Positions 16,261 to 26,822 are shown, counted from the first letter of the stretch. The stretch is DNA of 35,380 nucleotides from a virus (IMGVR_UViG_3300030330_001746:1-35380); one strand, 5' to 3'. Numbers and translations are program-made. The notes: generated by a model from the sequence alone, not told the origin.

Positions 16261-19085
16261 TGAATGAATTCGACAGCAATTTTGAGGACTACGAAGCTGC
16301 CGAAATTCGCCGGGGCGCTGACTTCAGTAGTTTAACCGCTGACGACGTTGATAGCATTGTTCGAGATGACAATGGCGATGCGTTTGGAATGTCGCAGGGT
16401 ATTCCAATTCCGTTATCAACAAAGATTTATCAAACTGTTGAAGACGGCATCAGTTACGACATTGAGCGCCGGCAAGACGGTAGCGAGTGGTTGCTCGGAA
16501 AAACGGGCGAGAAAAAAAGAGGCGTTGCAGTTTCATTCGGAAATGTTGAAGGCGAAAAGCCTGGCATTGATCCTGGCGAGGAAGAAGGCGGCGTTTTCCG
16601 CGATATACGCCGAGGATTAAGTCAAGGCGCCTTTGACGCTGGCAAAAGTTTGAATGAAGCTTTGCCCATACTCGGAAAGCCGGTTGATCTGGTGAATGAA
16701 GGCGTTGGCTATGTCGGCGATGTTTTTGGGTTAGACCTTCGTTCCGACTATCCAGTTGGCGGCAGTGAAATGATCCGCGATGGCGTTGAGGCTATCGTGG
16801 ACTTTGCAGATTTTATTATGCCAGATGCTTTGCAAAAAGCAGACATTGAGTTTCGTTCTGAAAAAGCGTCGGTGCCGCTGTTACAGGAAATCGTAACGGG
16901 CATTACTGAGTTCGGCGTTCAAGCTGTTACGCCGGCGATGTATCTGCGTGCGTTTAGCGCAGCCGGTCCATTTGCGCGTGGCATTGCTTGGGGCGGCGTT
17001 GCGGACTTCATAAACGCGCAACCGGACGACGCGACGGCAATAGCTAGTCTGACCGAATTTTTGACAAGCGCGACACCGGAAGAACGTGGCGCGGTAGCGA
17101 ATGCTGTCATAGATGTCTTCGCTGCGCAGAAAGAAGACCCTGAGTTTATCAACCGTGCCCGTGTAGCGTTAGACGGCATGATGATCGGCGGCGCTGTTGA
17201 AAAAGGCGTCGAGTACCTCGTGCGTGCCAGTAAAATGATACCGTGGGATCGCCTACAGGAAAGCATCGTGCAAGCCGGCGGACGCGCTGACGAACGCCTG
17301 GCAAGCATGGCAGCCGGTACGACGTTATCCGCCAATCCGGTTGGTGCAGCCGGTGACCTGGCGCTGTCGGCTGCGGGTAAGCTGGCGGATCGGCGTCGAA
17401 TTGGTACGACTGGTCAATATATCGGCGCACCGCCAGGCGTAAATTCGCCACAGAAGCTTGCTGCATTGCGTAAAAAAGTAAGCTCCCTAGCGAAAGAGGG
17501 AGCTGCCGGGCGCCTGTGGTATGAGCGAAGTTCAAAAGAAATTCTCGATGCGGTTGGTGGTGACGTTGATGAAGCTGATCGTTTAATACAAGCGATTGCT
17601 GTAACGTCACCTGGCACGCCAGTTAAAAACAATCTTGATTATGCTTTACAAGCTTACAGTCAGTGGAAAGCCGGCGCTGAAATAAAGACGGGCCGTTTCC
17701 CTACTGCTATGAGCAAAAAGCTTAACGAAATATTTTCTGGTCAGGAATGGGCCGGGAGAAAAACGGACGACTTTTATAACAACTTAATGATACACATTGC
17801 ACCGGATCGCGTTGGCCCTGTCACTGGCGACCTTTGGATGGTGCGGGCATTTGGGTTTACGAAACCGAATGAGATGCCAAGCCAAAGACAATACGAATTT
17901 ATTACAAAAGAAACGCAGCGCATTGCTAAGAAACTTGGCTGGCAGCCGCACCAGGTGCAAGCTGCGATCTGGGTTGCGATGAAAGGTAGATCAGAAAATC
18001 CACAGGTTAAAACGGCGACTGAGGCATCAAGCGAAAAGCGTGGCTGGATAAAATTTGAGACGAACGCGCGCACCGGCAAAAAAGAAAGAGTGGTGATTGA
18101 CCAAGCTAAACACTTGGGTAATTGGCTGAGGCATGCGTTAAAGCATGACTTAACTGATGCAGATATAGATCGCGCCAAATTTGATTATGCGGATGCGCTG
18201 GCGGACAATCGTGGTCAAGTAAGTTGGGAGAGCATTCCTGGCCGTACAAGCAACCATATGCCAGAAATGTTTAACGCGCCATATGAGCAGCAAGCCGAAT
18301 ATCACGTTGCAATATCAAAAGTCTTTTTAGATGAAGACGGCAGCGATCTTGTAGCAAAGAGGCTTGGCGTTATGTCGCCAGGCGACTTTGAGGCTCCAGG
18401 GTTTTTTGAAGGCAAAGTTAGCCCTGGCACTCAAACAAGCGCTTTTATGCCACGACAATATAAGGGACCGGAAAGTGGACAGATTGAACAATCTGCGGAG
18501 GATTTAATCTCAGCTTATGCGGCAGTTCGTGGAATTTTAATGAAGCAAGATGGCGTCGGTTTTCATAGGCCATTTTATCAAGCCAGTCGTAAAAACAGCA
18601 ACGCTGTACAGGTTGATGTTGGGCGACCATTTACGGAAGCCGAAACAAAACGGCTTGCCGATATAATTTCAAAGCTTGCTGGACATGGTGAGTATGCACC
18701 GATTGCTCACGAGACAGGCGCGAGGTTTGTAAATTTTGATTATCTAGAATTTGATAATCTTGAGTTTCAGAGTATAATTGAGAAAGCGTTAGATGCTATG
18801 GAATTCGACGGCGGTTCATCTGTGACTGCTAAACGATTTCATGCCTATACTGGCTATGCCGGTAACGATTGGAAGGTAAATAAAAATGGCGAAAGTTACA
18901 TGGACGGACGCTGGGCCAGACGATCCGATCTTCAAGGGAGAGTTCGTGATATCATCCGCGAACTCCAGCCAAGGATTGACGAAATCGACCAAGACTTCGC
19001 CGATCGATACGGCTGGAGCGTCAACGACGCCATCAACGCAAAATACCGAGAAGACGGCGGGCTAATACCGCCGTCCGATAATTAA
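16257..19085 (+). CDS. Large ejection protein with a DNA-glycosylase-like (HhH-type) central domain
   Basis: 942 aa; WYE...AVTSP...N...KTDDFYNNL...VTGDLWMVRAFG...Y...GWQPHQVQAAIW pattern. Confidence 0.6.
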   Translation: MMNEFDSNFEDYEAAEIRRGADFSSLTADDVDSIVRDDNGDAFGMSQGIPIPLSTKIYQTVEDGISYDIERRQDGSEWLLGKTGEKKRGVAVSFGNVEGEKPGIDPGEEEGGVFRDIRRGLSQGAFDAGKSLNEALPILGKPVDLVNEGVGYVGDVFGLDLRSDYPVGGSEMIRDGVEAIVDFADFIMPDALQKADIEFRSEKASVPLLQEIVTGITEFGVQAVTPAMYLRAFSAAGPFARGIAWGGVADFINAQPDDATAIASLTEFLTSATPEERGAVANAVIDVFAAQKEDPEFINRARVALDGMMIGGAVEKGVEYLVRASKMIPWDRLQESIVQAGGRADERLASMAAGTTLSANPVGAAGDLALSAAGKLADRRRIGTTGQYIGAPPGVNSPQKLAALRKKVSSLAKEGAAGRLWYERSSKEILDAVGGDVDEADRLIQAIAVTSPGTPVKNNLDYALQAYSQWKAGAEIKTGRFPTAMSKKLNEIFSGQEWAGRKTDDFYNNLMIHIAPDRVGPVTGDLWMVRAFGFTKPNEMPSQRQYEFITKETQRIAKKLGWQPHQVQAAIWVAMKGRSENPQVKTATEASSEKRGWIKFETNARTGKKERVVIDQAKHLGNWLRHALKHDLTDADIDRAKFDYADALADNRGQVSWESIPGRTSNHMPEMFNAPYEQQAEYHVAISKVFLDEDGSDLVAKRLGVMSPGDFEAPGFFEGKVSPGTQTSAFMPRQYKGPESGQIEQSAEDLISAYAAVRGILMKQDGVGFHRPFYQASRKNSNAVQVDVGRPFTEAETKRLADIISKLAGHGEYAPIAHETGARFVNFDYLEFDNLEFQSIIEKALDAMEFDGGSSVTAKRFHAYTGYAGNDWKVNKNGESYMDGRWARRSDLQGRVRDIIRELQPRIDEIDQDFADRYGWSVNDAINAKYREDGGLIPPSDN

Positions 19086-19087
19086 AC

Positions 19088-19114
19088 AAGGCGCCTTCTG
19101 GGCGCCTTTTTTAT
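19088..19114 (+). terminator. Intrinsic terminator
   Basis: AAGGCGCC-TTCTG-GGCGCCTT hairpin followed by a T run. Confidence 0.75.
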
Positions 19115-19128
19115 TGGAACAATAACGC

Positions 19129-22100
19129 ATGGCAATATCTGACCAGGCGGCGGAAGCCTCGCGCCGTGGCGCTCCCCTTTTGCCCGACGACACACAAGTC
19201 GCCGGCGGCAAAATGGATTTAATTTTACGTGTTCTTGGCGCTATGAAAGATCAACCTGCAAAGGTTGAAGATGGCCGCATGCCAACTTCTGTCGAAGAAG
19301 GCTTGCTGCAACCTGGAGAGTACGCAACGAGGCAAAAAAATCAGGCGTCAAGCTTGTTATCAGAGGCTGGGCAAAAGCGATTTGCGGAAGCAGAAGGCAA
19401 CGCAGCTAAAGCAATAGAAGGCAACGAGGCATTAGACGCGCTTGATGAAGTGGCCGGCGTCGATCCCGTGGCAGACGTTGTTGGTCAAGCTCGTGAAGGG
19501 TTATACGGACTTAAAAACGAAAACATGACGCCGCGCGGCGGCGATCCACAGAAACCACCCGTTACCGAAATCGACGCGATGGGTGGCGTTCAAGCAATTC
19601 AGCCAAATCGGGTTGAGGACTTGGTGCGTACTGGCACTGAAGGCATCGACTTTAATTTTGAAACCCTGCAAACCGGCGACGACGTTAAAGCGCTGTTTAA
19701 TTACACGAGTGAGCTGTACGCCGATCCGATCGAGGCAGCCAAGCGAGGCGTGCAGACAAATCAGATGACTGAAGAGGCGGCTGAGCAAGCGCTTGCCGAT
19801 GAGTTGGGCTTTACGCGCCGGCTATTAAAGCGACAAACCGGCGACTTGCTTAATGCGTCTGACATGCTTGCCGCGCGGCAATTGCTGATAAAGAGCGGCG
19901 AGCGGCTTACTGAGATGGCGAGGCAGATACGAGACGGCAATGAATCACCGCAAGACCTTGTTCGGTTCCGCCGGCAAATGGCAATTCACGCCGGCATTCA
20001 GACGCAAACAAAATCAGCTCAGACCGAAATTGCACGCGCGCTGCAAGCTTTCAATATTCCAGCCAGTGCGCGCACGCCTGAGCTGCAAGCTGACGCAGCT
20101 CTGGAGTTATTAAGAGCCACTGGCGGACCAGGTGAAGCACGTAAACTCGCAAAAGGTTTATTGGCAGCTCAAAAGAATGGCGGGTCAGCGGCATTGCACA
20201 AGTTTGCGTTTAAAGGCGCTTTAGCAAAAGCAAACGGTGTATTTCAGGAGGTCTACGTTAATGGCTTGCTGAGTTGGACGAAGACGCACATTAAAAACTT
20301 TTTTGCTACGCCGTTGTTCATGCTCTACCAGCTACCTGAAGAATTAATTGCCGGTGCCTACGGTGGCGTTGAGCGCGGATTGCGCCGCGCGTTTGGTCGC
20401 AAGAATGTCGAGGGCGGCGTCTATTCCGGTCAAGCAATTGCTCGTGTTCTGGGAATGTCAAAAACGTTGAGCGATGCGCTGATAATAGCGCGGCGCACGA
20501 TGGACACTGAAACCCCGGCGGACGCGATGAATAAAATTGAGGGTGCGCAACTGCGTTCGATCGATGCTGAAAATTTAAATATTAGTGGTAAGGCCGGTAG
20601 ATTTGTTGATGGGCTTGGCCGCGCGATTCGAATACCTGGCCGCGCGCTGATGGCGGCTGATGATTTCTGGCGCGTCGGCAGTCAACGCGGCGAGCTGTAT
20701 GCAGAGGCGTATGCGCAAGCAATGCGCGCAAAGGCGCTAGGTAAAACCGACGAGGAAGCTTTCGATAATTTTGCAATGAGCATTTTGGACCCGCGCTCGT
20801 TCGCTGGGCAGATGGACGACGCCGCGCGATACAACACGATGACGAGCGACTTAGGTAAGGTTGGAGAACTTGCCAGGACGCTGCAAGAGATTCCATTTCT
20901 TGGCAAAATGATTATGCCGTTCGTTGTTGCGCCTACGAATAGCATTTTGCGATGGATGGAGCGCATTAACCCGATAGCATTTACAAAAGATCCGGCAAAA
21001 AGGCAGCGCGCACTTGCCCGCGCCACGCTTGGATGGGGCGTGATGTATACCGTCTACCAGCATGCCTTAAATGGTAATTTAACTGGATCTATGCCGAGAG
21101 ATAAACGGCAACGTGAGATGCTGCCCCCCGGCTGGCAGCCTTATAGTCTCGTCTTTCGAGGCGATGACTTTCCGGTAGATGCAGATGGCGATCCGTTGCC
21201 ACTTTTTGATCCGAGGACAGGCATGCCGAATGGGGCGTTAACTTATGTGTCTTATGCCGGGTTGGAGCCGGTTGGCGCAATCTTGGGGATTGCGGCCTCC
21301 ACAGCGGAAAAGATGCGGCGAAGCAACGACCCAGAAATATCACTTAGATGGGCCTCAGCGGCTGCGGCTGCGGCGGCTGAATATATATCTGACATGCCAA
21401 TGCTGAAGACGATAGGCGATATCGAACTGGCGTGGACGCGCGGTGATATGAGCTATTTGGCAAGTTCGCCGTTACAGAGTTTTTTGCCGGGCAGCGCTTT
21501 GATCCGCGCTGGAGAGCGCGGCGTAAATCCAACGTCTCGGCGCGCAGTTGGAAAGGGGCCAGAATATTACACAATCGCGGACGTTCAAAACCCTGACATT
21601 GTTCCGTTCCATGATGTTGGTGGCGGGAAATCCGAGCCGCGATATGAGTTGGTTGGCAGAGTTAAGGGCGGTATGGGCGCGAGCTTCAATGACGCGATGG
21701 ACAAATGGGGCTCTATGATTTCCGACCGCGAAGTTTTTGGAGGTGCCGACGATGATACGAGTGCAATTCAATATGACGTTTTTGGTAAACCAAAAGAAAT
21801 GAATGTGCGTTTTGATGTAAACCCGGTTCTCGCTGGATGGAACGCCGCCATGCCTTTTACCATTAAAAAAGGTGAAGCACCAACGGCTTTGCAGCGTGAG
21901 CAAATGCGGCTCAAGGGTCCGTTGCGGGAAAAACGCCAACGGCATAACGGTTTTGTTTTTCCAGAAGCGTTCGCAGCTAAATGGACGAACCTAGCAAAAA
22001 ACGTCATCAAAACAGTTTCGCCACAGGGCAATGCTGAGACGTTTAACGAAGCGCTTAACGCTTTAATCGGCACTGTTGAGTATGCGCGATCGACAGATAA

Positions 22101-22260
22101 AGAACAATTTAACGCCATACAAGATATTGAGGATCGCTTTTATGAATCTGCTTTGCCGGTGCTGTTAACAGACCCAGCATACGAAAACATCAAACGCGCA
22201 TATGACGATTTACAACAAGTTAAAGGTACAATGTCTGACTTAGGAAGGTTGCGGCGATGA
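19129..22260 (+). CDS. Large internal virion/ejection protein (1043 aa)
   Basis: NGLLS..THIKN, RALMAADDF, MPFV..PTN, GWQPYS and YVSYAGLEP motifs typical of large podovirus ejection proteins. Confidence 0.7.
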   Translation: MAISDQAAEASRRGAPLLPDDTQVAGGKMDLILRVLGAMKDQPAKVEDGRMPTSVEEGLLQPGEYATRQKNQASSLLSEAGQKRFAEAEGNAAKAIEGNEALDALDEVAGVDPVADVVGQAREGLYGLKNENMTPRGGDPQKPPVTEIDAMGGVQAIQPNRVEDLVRTGTEGIDFNFETLQTGDDVKALFNYTSELYADPIEAAKRGVQTNQMTEEAAEQALADELGFTRRLLKRQTGDLLNASDMLAARQLLIKSGERLTEMARQIRDGNESPQDLVRFRRQMAIHAGIQTQTKSAQTEIARALQAFNIPASARTPELQADAALELLRATGGPGEARKLAKGLLAAQKNGGSAALHKFAFKGALAKANGVFQEVYVNGLLSWTKTHIKNFFATPLFMLYQLPEELIAGAYGGVERGLRRAFGRKNVEGGVYSGQAIARVLGMSKTLSDALIIARRTMDTETPADAMNKIEGAQLRSIDAENLNISGKAGRFVDGLGRAIRIPGRALMAADDFWRVGSQRGELYAEAYAQAMRAKALGKTDEEAFDNFAMSILDPRSFAGQMDDAARYNTMTSDLGKVGELARTLQEIPFLGKMIMPFVVAPTNSILRWMERINPIAFTKDPAKRQRALARATLGWGVMYTVYQHALNGNLTGSMPRDKRQREMLPPGWQPYSLVFRGDDFPVDADGDPLPLFDPRTGMPNGALTYVSYAGLEPVGAILGIAASTAEKMRRSNDPEISLRWASAAAAAAAEYISDMPMLKTIGDIELAWTRGDMSYLASSPLQSFLPGSALIRAGERGVNPTSRRAVGKGPEYYTIADVQNPDIVPFHDVGGGKSEPRYELVGRVKGGMGASFNDAMDKWGSMISDREVFGGADDDTSAIQYDVFGKPKEMNVRFDVNPVLAGWNAAMPFTIKKGEAPTALQREQMRLKGPLREKRQRHNGFVFPEAFAAKWTNLAKNVIKTVSPQGNAETFNEALNALIGTVEYARSTDKEQFNAIQDIEDRFYESALPVLLTDPAYENIKRAYDDLQQVKGTMSDLGRLRR

Positions 22261-24371
22261 GTGTCTCAAGCACTACCACAAAAAATAGTCACGCCGGCAA
22301 CGGCTCAACAACGGCTTTTGCATATGGCTTTAAAGTTTTTGCTGCCGCCGATCTTGAAGTTATCATTCGATCGAGTACAGGTGTTGAAACAACAAAGTCA
22401 CTCAGCACACATTATAATGTCAGTGGCGTCGGTCAGGATGCCGGTGGAACAGTCACATTCACGAGTGGAAATACGCCGGCAAGCGGTGAGACAGTTCTTG
22501 TTCGCCGGAAGCTTGCTTTAACTCAAGGAACGGACTTTGTTGAGAATGATCCGTTTCCAGCACAGTCTCACGAGGACGGGCTCGATCGCCTGACGTTTAT
22601 CACACAGGGAATTCAGGAAGAGCTAGATCGTGCAATTAAAGTTAGCAAGACAAACACTCTTACCTCTAGTGAATTTTCGGAAGACGCCACAGCGAGACAA
22701 AATAAGCTTCTCGCATTTGATGGCTCAGGCAATCTCGACGTAACTCAAGAAGTCGGAACATTCCGATCTGCCTGGGCGTCCGGCACAAGTTATGCGGTTA
22801 GAGATATCGTTAAAGATACCTCAAACGGCAATATCCACATCTGCATCACGGCTCACCAATCTTCTGGTTCCCAGCCTCTCCTCACAAATTCTGACGCAGC
22901 AAAATGGGGGCTTCTGAGTGACGCGGCATCTGCAACTGCCAGTCAGGTTGCAGCCGCCGCCAGCGCTGCCGCTGCTGCGACATCTGAAACGAATTCGGCG
23001 AATAGTGCCACCGCCAGCGCGTCCTCGGCCAGCTCGTCCAGTTCCAGTGCATCCACGAGTACCACGCAAGCTGGAATTTCGACAACAAAAGCCAGCGAAG
23101 CCGCCGCAAGCGCTGCTTCAGCCGCCGCAAGTTTCGATAGTTTTGATGATCGGTTTCTTGGAGCAAAAGCTTCGGACCCAACGGTCGATAATGACGGGGA
23201 CACGCTTATTGATGGCGCTTTATATTTTGATACAACGAACAATGTGATGAAGGTTCGTGATCAAGGGAACACGACTTGGTTACGAACAACGCCGACGACC
23301 AGCGATCAGACGGCGATCAACACCGTAAATTCAAACGCCACTAACATTAATACTGTCGCCGGTATCAGCGGTAATGTGACGACCGTCGCCGGCATTAGCT
23401 CGGATGTAACGACTGTCGCTGGCAACAATACAAACGTGACAACAGTTGCTTCAAACAACTCTAACATTAGTACGGTTGCTGGCATATCGTCTGATGTAAC
23501 AAGCGTTGCCGCTGTATCAACTCAAGTGTCGGCAGTCGGCGCACAGTTCTGTGGGTATGAGTTCAACACCTCGACAAACACAGCGGTTTCGCCTGGAAAT
23601 GGAAAGCTCGCTTTCAACAATGGAACCCTCGCATCTGTTACGCAAATCAGCATTGCTGACGTTGATATCGACGGGAATAATTTAGAGGGCTTTCTTACCT
23701 ACTTTGATGATTCGACCAACACCACAAGTAAGGCAACCGTCAGTATACGGACGGGTGATCGTGATGTTATTTGGCTAAACGTAATCTCGATCAGCAATGA
23801 AACCGGCTTTGTGAAATTTAATGTTCAGCACATTTCATCTGCTGGAACCTTCAATGCAAATGAGCGTGTTTTTGTAGGTTTGAGTAGGACCGGAGATGTT
23901 GGGCAAAATGGAACAGGAAGCGGAACGGTCGTCGGACCTTCATCGAGCACAGACAATGCTTTGGTTCGCTGGGATACAACTACAGGCGAATTAGTTCAAA
24001 ACTCCACAGCTACGCTTTCCGACAGCGGTGCGCTTTCGACCGCAAGCGTGACGTTGACCGGCAGCACTCAACATGGGGTTCTCCTTGGCGGTGGGTCTGG
24101 AGGTGCTGTTGCTTCGACGGCTCTTGGAAGTGCCGGGCAAGCATTAACCTCGAATGGTGCCGGGAGTGCGCCAACCTATCAGGACATACCGGGTGGCCCC
24201 GGCGTTTCCGCCTCGGGGACAGCTGAATTTATCAGGGAGAACGCCCCCAGCATAAGCTCCAATGTCAGTATTACGGCTAACCGCAACGCATTTAGTGCTG
24301 GTCCCATTAGCATAAGCGGGTCTGCCACACTGACCATTCCCTCAAACTCTCGCTACCACATAATAGGATGA
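22257..24371 (+). CDS. Tail fibre protein
   Basis: T7 gp17-like N-terminal anchor (GNGSTTAFAYGFKVF...EDGLDRLT); Ala/Ser-rich coil; 10-aa TTVAGISSDV repeats. Confidence 0.85.
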   Translation: MSVSSTTTKNSHAGNGSTTAFAYGFKVFAAADLEVIIRSSTGVETTKSLSTHYNVSGVGQDAGGTVTFTSGNTPASGETVLVRRKLALTQGTDFVENDPFPAQSHEDGLDRLTFITQGIQEELDRAIKVSKTNTLTSSEFSEDATARQNKLLAFDGSGNLDVTQEVGTFRSAWASGTSYAVRDIVKDTSNGNIHICITAHQSSGSQPLLTNSDAAKWGLLSDAASATASQVAAAASAAAAATSETNSANSATASASSASSSSSSASTSTTQAGISTTKASEAAASAASAAASFDSFDDRFLGAKASDPTVDNDGDTLIDGALYFDTTNNVMKVRDQGNTTWLRTTPTTSDQTAINTVNSNATNINTVAGISGNVTTVAGISSDVTTVAGNNTNVTTVASNNSNISTVAGISSDVTSVAAVSTQVSAVGAQFCGYEFNTSTNTAVSPGNGKLAFNNGTLASVTQISIADVDIDGNNLEGFLTYFDDSTNTTSKATVSIRTGDRDVIWLNVISISNETGFVKFNVQHISSAGTFNANERVFVGLSRTGDVGQNGTGSGTVVGPSSSTDNALVRWDTTTGELVQNSTATLSDSGALSTASVTLTGSTQHGVLLGGGSGGAVASTALGSAGQALTSNGAGSAPTYQDIPGGPGVSASGTAEFIRENAPSISSNVSITANRNAFSAGPISISGSATLTIPSNSRYHIIG

Positions 24372-24375
24372 TTTT

Positions 24376-25038
24376 ATGACTATTACCCTCGATGCATCAG
24401 ATAAGGCCGCTTCAAGAGCGAGCTTAGGCGCTAACGATGCCAGCAACTTGACTACCGGAACTGTAGCAACTGCGAGATTAGGCAGCGGCACAGCGTCGTC
24501 ATCGACCTTCCTGCGGGGCGATGGAAGTTGGGCTACGGCTGGTGGTGCTTTTACAAAAATCTCCAGCGGGAGTTTGTCGAACCAAGTGCTAACGGTCACA
24601 GGATTAACGGGCGATACCAAAATAATTTTAAACTGCACAGGAAACTTTACCGGAAGTGCTTTAATTGCCCTACTGAGTTCTGATGGCGGGTCAAGCTTCG
24701 CAAATTCAAATGGCGATTATGTATGGGCTAGGCAACAAATTAAACTAACCAGTTCTTCGTACAATGGTGGGGTTTCACTCTCTGGGCAAGTCACTTCTTC
24801 ACGAATCGTGCAAGGTGATGTTGGGAATTATGCCGAGTTTGACATCATGGTTCCTCAAGTGAGTACAGAACGAACTGGTTGCTATTTAAAATATGCAACA
24901 ACTCTAAACTCAACGACACTCGCTCGAAGCGGTGAGGTGATTGGAATTAGAAACACCGCTCAAGTAGACAATGCAATCCAAATTTCCAGTGCTGGCGCAG
25001 GACTAACCGGAAATTTTGTTGTGATGAAGATAACGTGA
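24376..25038 (+). CDS. Accessory tail fibre / receptor-binding protein 1
   Basis: ASNLTTGTVATARLGSGTASSSTFLRGDGSW fibre motif followed by a beta-rich C-terminal domain. Confidence 0.65.
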   Translation: MTITLDASDKAASRASLGANDASNLTTGTVATARLGSGTASSSTFLRGDGSWATAGGAFTKISSGSLSNQVLTVTGLTGDTKIILNCTGNFTGSALIALLSSDGGSSFANSNGDYVWARQQIKLTSSSYNGGVSLSGQVTSSRIVQGDVGNYAEFDIMVPQVSTERTGCYLKYATTLNSTTLARSGEVIGIRNTAQVDNAIQISSAGAGLTGNFVVMKIT

Positions 25039-25048
25039 GGATTTTAAA

Positions 25049-25342
25049 ATGAAACACATTGTAGCCTCGCCATCAGGTGTTGAAGAAGTCGAAATGTCTG
25101 AGTCGGAATCTGACCGTTTGCTGCAAATTCAAAAAGAGTGGGCGGCAGGTGCAGACGATAGAGCTTGGGAAGAACTTCGTCAGGAGCGAAACGAAAAACT
25201 CCAAGCATCCGACTGGACTCAATCGCGAGATGTGACGCTCTCAAATGACGACGAATGGAAAGCCTACCGCTCCGCTCTGCGCGACCTCCCAGAAACAACT
25301 GACCCTGCAAATCCCGACTGGCCGAAGGAGCCTTCAACATGA
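25049..25342 (+). CDS. Tail fibre assembly chaperone 1
   Basis: LRQERNEKLQASDWTQ...WKAYRSALRDLP...WPKEP. Confidence 0.85.
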   Translation: MKHIVASPSGVEEVEMSESESDRLLQIQKEWAAGADDRAWEELRQERNEKLQASDWTQSRDVTLSNDDEWKAYRSALRDLPETTDPANPDWPKEPST

Positions 25343-26103
25343 GTTTAATATTAAATGGCGACGGCACAATCACCAACGACTCCGGAACATCCATAGATTT
25401 CGGTGGTGAAAACATCACGACGACAGGGGTCGTGAGCGGCGTCGGCTCGGGGCTGACGGCGCTCAATGCGTCAAATATAGCGAGTGGAACTTTAGCAACT
25501 GCGCGGATGGGAACGGGCACGGCTTCCGCCTCGACGGTGTTACACGGGAACGGTACTTGGGCAGCGGTTGCGGCGGGCGGAACGCATGAATTGCTCGGCA
25601 CAGCAAGCGCAAGCAGTTCCTCACTGTTAGAGGTCACCGGTTTGACGACAGACTTCGACGCATTTCGTCTCATTGGATCTGAACTCACTGCGTCTGTTTC
25701 TGGAAGCGATACATTCTGCGTTGTTCAATACGGCACATCAGCCGGATACATCAACGATTTCAATTACGAAGGCACTGAAGCAGTCTGGGAGGCCGGAACG
25801 TTGTCCGATTTTACAACCGCGCAGGGTTTCATGCCGAGTAACACAGGGTTTCGAAGCGGTGACAACGGAAGTTTCAGCTTCGACTATCTGCTTTATCGGT
25901 CTCGAAATAAATGGGGGCCAAACCTGACCGGCAATTTTGTGTCGCGAAAATCCTCTAACACAACAATCGGCGGCATTCTGATACAATCGCATAGAAATGT
26001 TCTCGATAACTCGGGGAACGCAATGACAAAACTAAAATGTTTTCCGACCCAAGGAAATTTCCCAACCGGACGATTTAGTGTGTATGGAGTGAAACATGCC
26101 TGA
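25339..26103 (+). CDS. Accessory tail fibre / receptor-binding protein 2
   Basis: NASNIASGTLATARMGTGTASASTVLHGNGTW, paralogous to 24376-25038; ends GRFSVYGVK. Confidence 0.65.
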   Translation: MSLILNGDGTITNDSGTSIDFGGENITTTGVVSGVGSGLTALNASNIASGTLATARMGTGTASASTVLHGNGTWAAVAAGGTHELLGTASASSSSLLEVTGLTTDFDAFRLIGSELTASVSGSDTFCVVQYGTSAGYINDFNYEGTEAVWEAGTLSDFTTAQGFMPSNTGFRSGDNGSFSFDYLLYRSRNKWGPNLTGNFVSRKSSNTTIGGILIQSHRNVLDNSGNAMTKLKCFPTQGNFPTGRFSVYGVKHA

Positions 26104-26380
26104 TTTAACTAAAATTTCTAACGGTAAAGAAGTACCGCTCGACGCTGACGAGATCAAAGAGTTAGAGGATTTCCAGAAAGCGTGGGCAGACGGTCAGGCT
26201 GAACGCGACATGAACGCACTTCGTTTGCAACGAAATCGTTTACTTGCCGAAACGGATCACCTCGCTCTGGCCGATCAAACGTTGAGCGATGAAATGCGCA
26301 GCTATCGTCAGTCGCTGCGGGACATGCCGTCTACGGAGAAAACGCCCGGTAATCCAACTTGGCCGACGAAGCCCGAGTGA
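26096..26380 (+). CDS. Tail fibre assembly chaperone 2
   Basis: LRLQRNRLLAETDH...YRQSLRDMP...WPTKP. Confidence 0.85.
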   Translation: MPDLTKISNGKEVPLDADEIKELEDFQKAWADGQAERDMNALRLQRNRLLAETDHLALADQTLSDEMRSYRQSLRDMPSTEKTPGNPTWPTKPE

Positions 26381-26538
26381 CCGAATTTTCAAAAAATATC
26401 GGCGATGCAGCCGCCGGCCTTACAGGTTTGGCGGCTTTTTTGTCCTGGTTACCGGAGATCGCTGCCGGCCTTACAATCATCTGGTATGTGTGCCGGTTTG
26501 CCGGCGTTGTGATGCGATGGTTGCGCGCGCGCTCATAG
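26377..26538 (+). CDS. Small membrane protein, holin-like (53 aa)
   Basis: GTG start overlapping the previous stop; MTEFSKNIGDAAAGLTGLAAFLSWLPEIAAGLTIIWYVCRFAGVVMRWLRARS. Confidence 0.6.
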   Translation: MTEFSKNIGDAAAGLTGLAAFLSWLPEIAAGLTIIWYVCRFAGVVMRWLRARS

Positions 26539-26819
26539 CGCTCTTGTTGCTGGCAACGCCAGCGGCAGCATTTGAAATTGACCCGCCGACAAGCATGTCA
26601 AAAATGGGAATGCCATGCTGGCAAGATGCTAAGGTTGACGAAGCGCTGACCATTGCTGAGTTCGATCCTGTTGCGCGCGGGTTGTTAATAGCGAAGACAG
26701 ACCCATCACAACCGTTAGTCACGTTTTGGATGCACATGATCACCGGCAGAGGCGTGGTTACGCTTAGCCATCCAAACGGCGAGGAGTGCATTATCGCCGT
26801 CCTCGAAGATGCCCATTAA
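26517..26819 (+). CDS. Hypothetical exported protein (100 aa)
   Basis: Signal peptide MVARALIALLLLATPAAA-FE; two cysteines. Confidence 0.55.
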   Translation: MVARALIALLLLATPAAAFEIDPPTSMSKMGMPCWQDAKVDEALTIAEFDPVARGLLIAKTDPSQPLVTFWMHMITGRGVVTLSHPNGEECIIAVLEDAH

Positions 26820-26822
26820 AAA

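Noticed and set aside
23320-23540. About 30-bp periodic repeats as a DNA element
   Set aside because: Explained by the 10-aa TTVAGISSDV-type repeats of the tail fibre.
24376-26103. Diversity-generating retroelement or invertible tail cassette
   Set aside because: No reverse transcriptase, invertase or near-identical TR/VR pair is visible.
26289-26819. 176-aa ORF as listed in the track
   Set aside because: Better explained as a 53-aa membrane ORF (26377-26538) plus a signal-peptide ORF starting at 26517.
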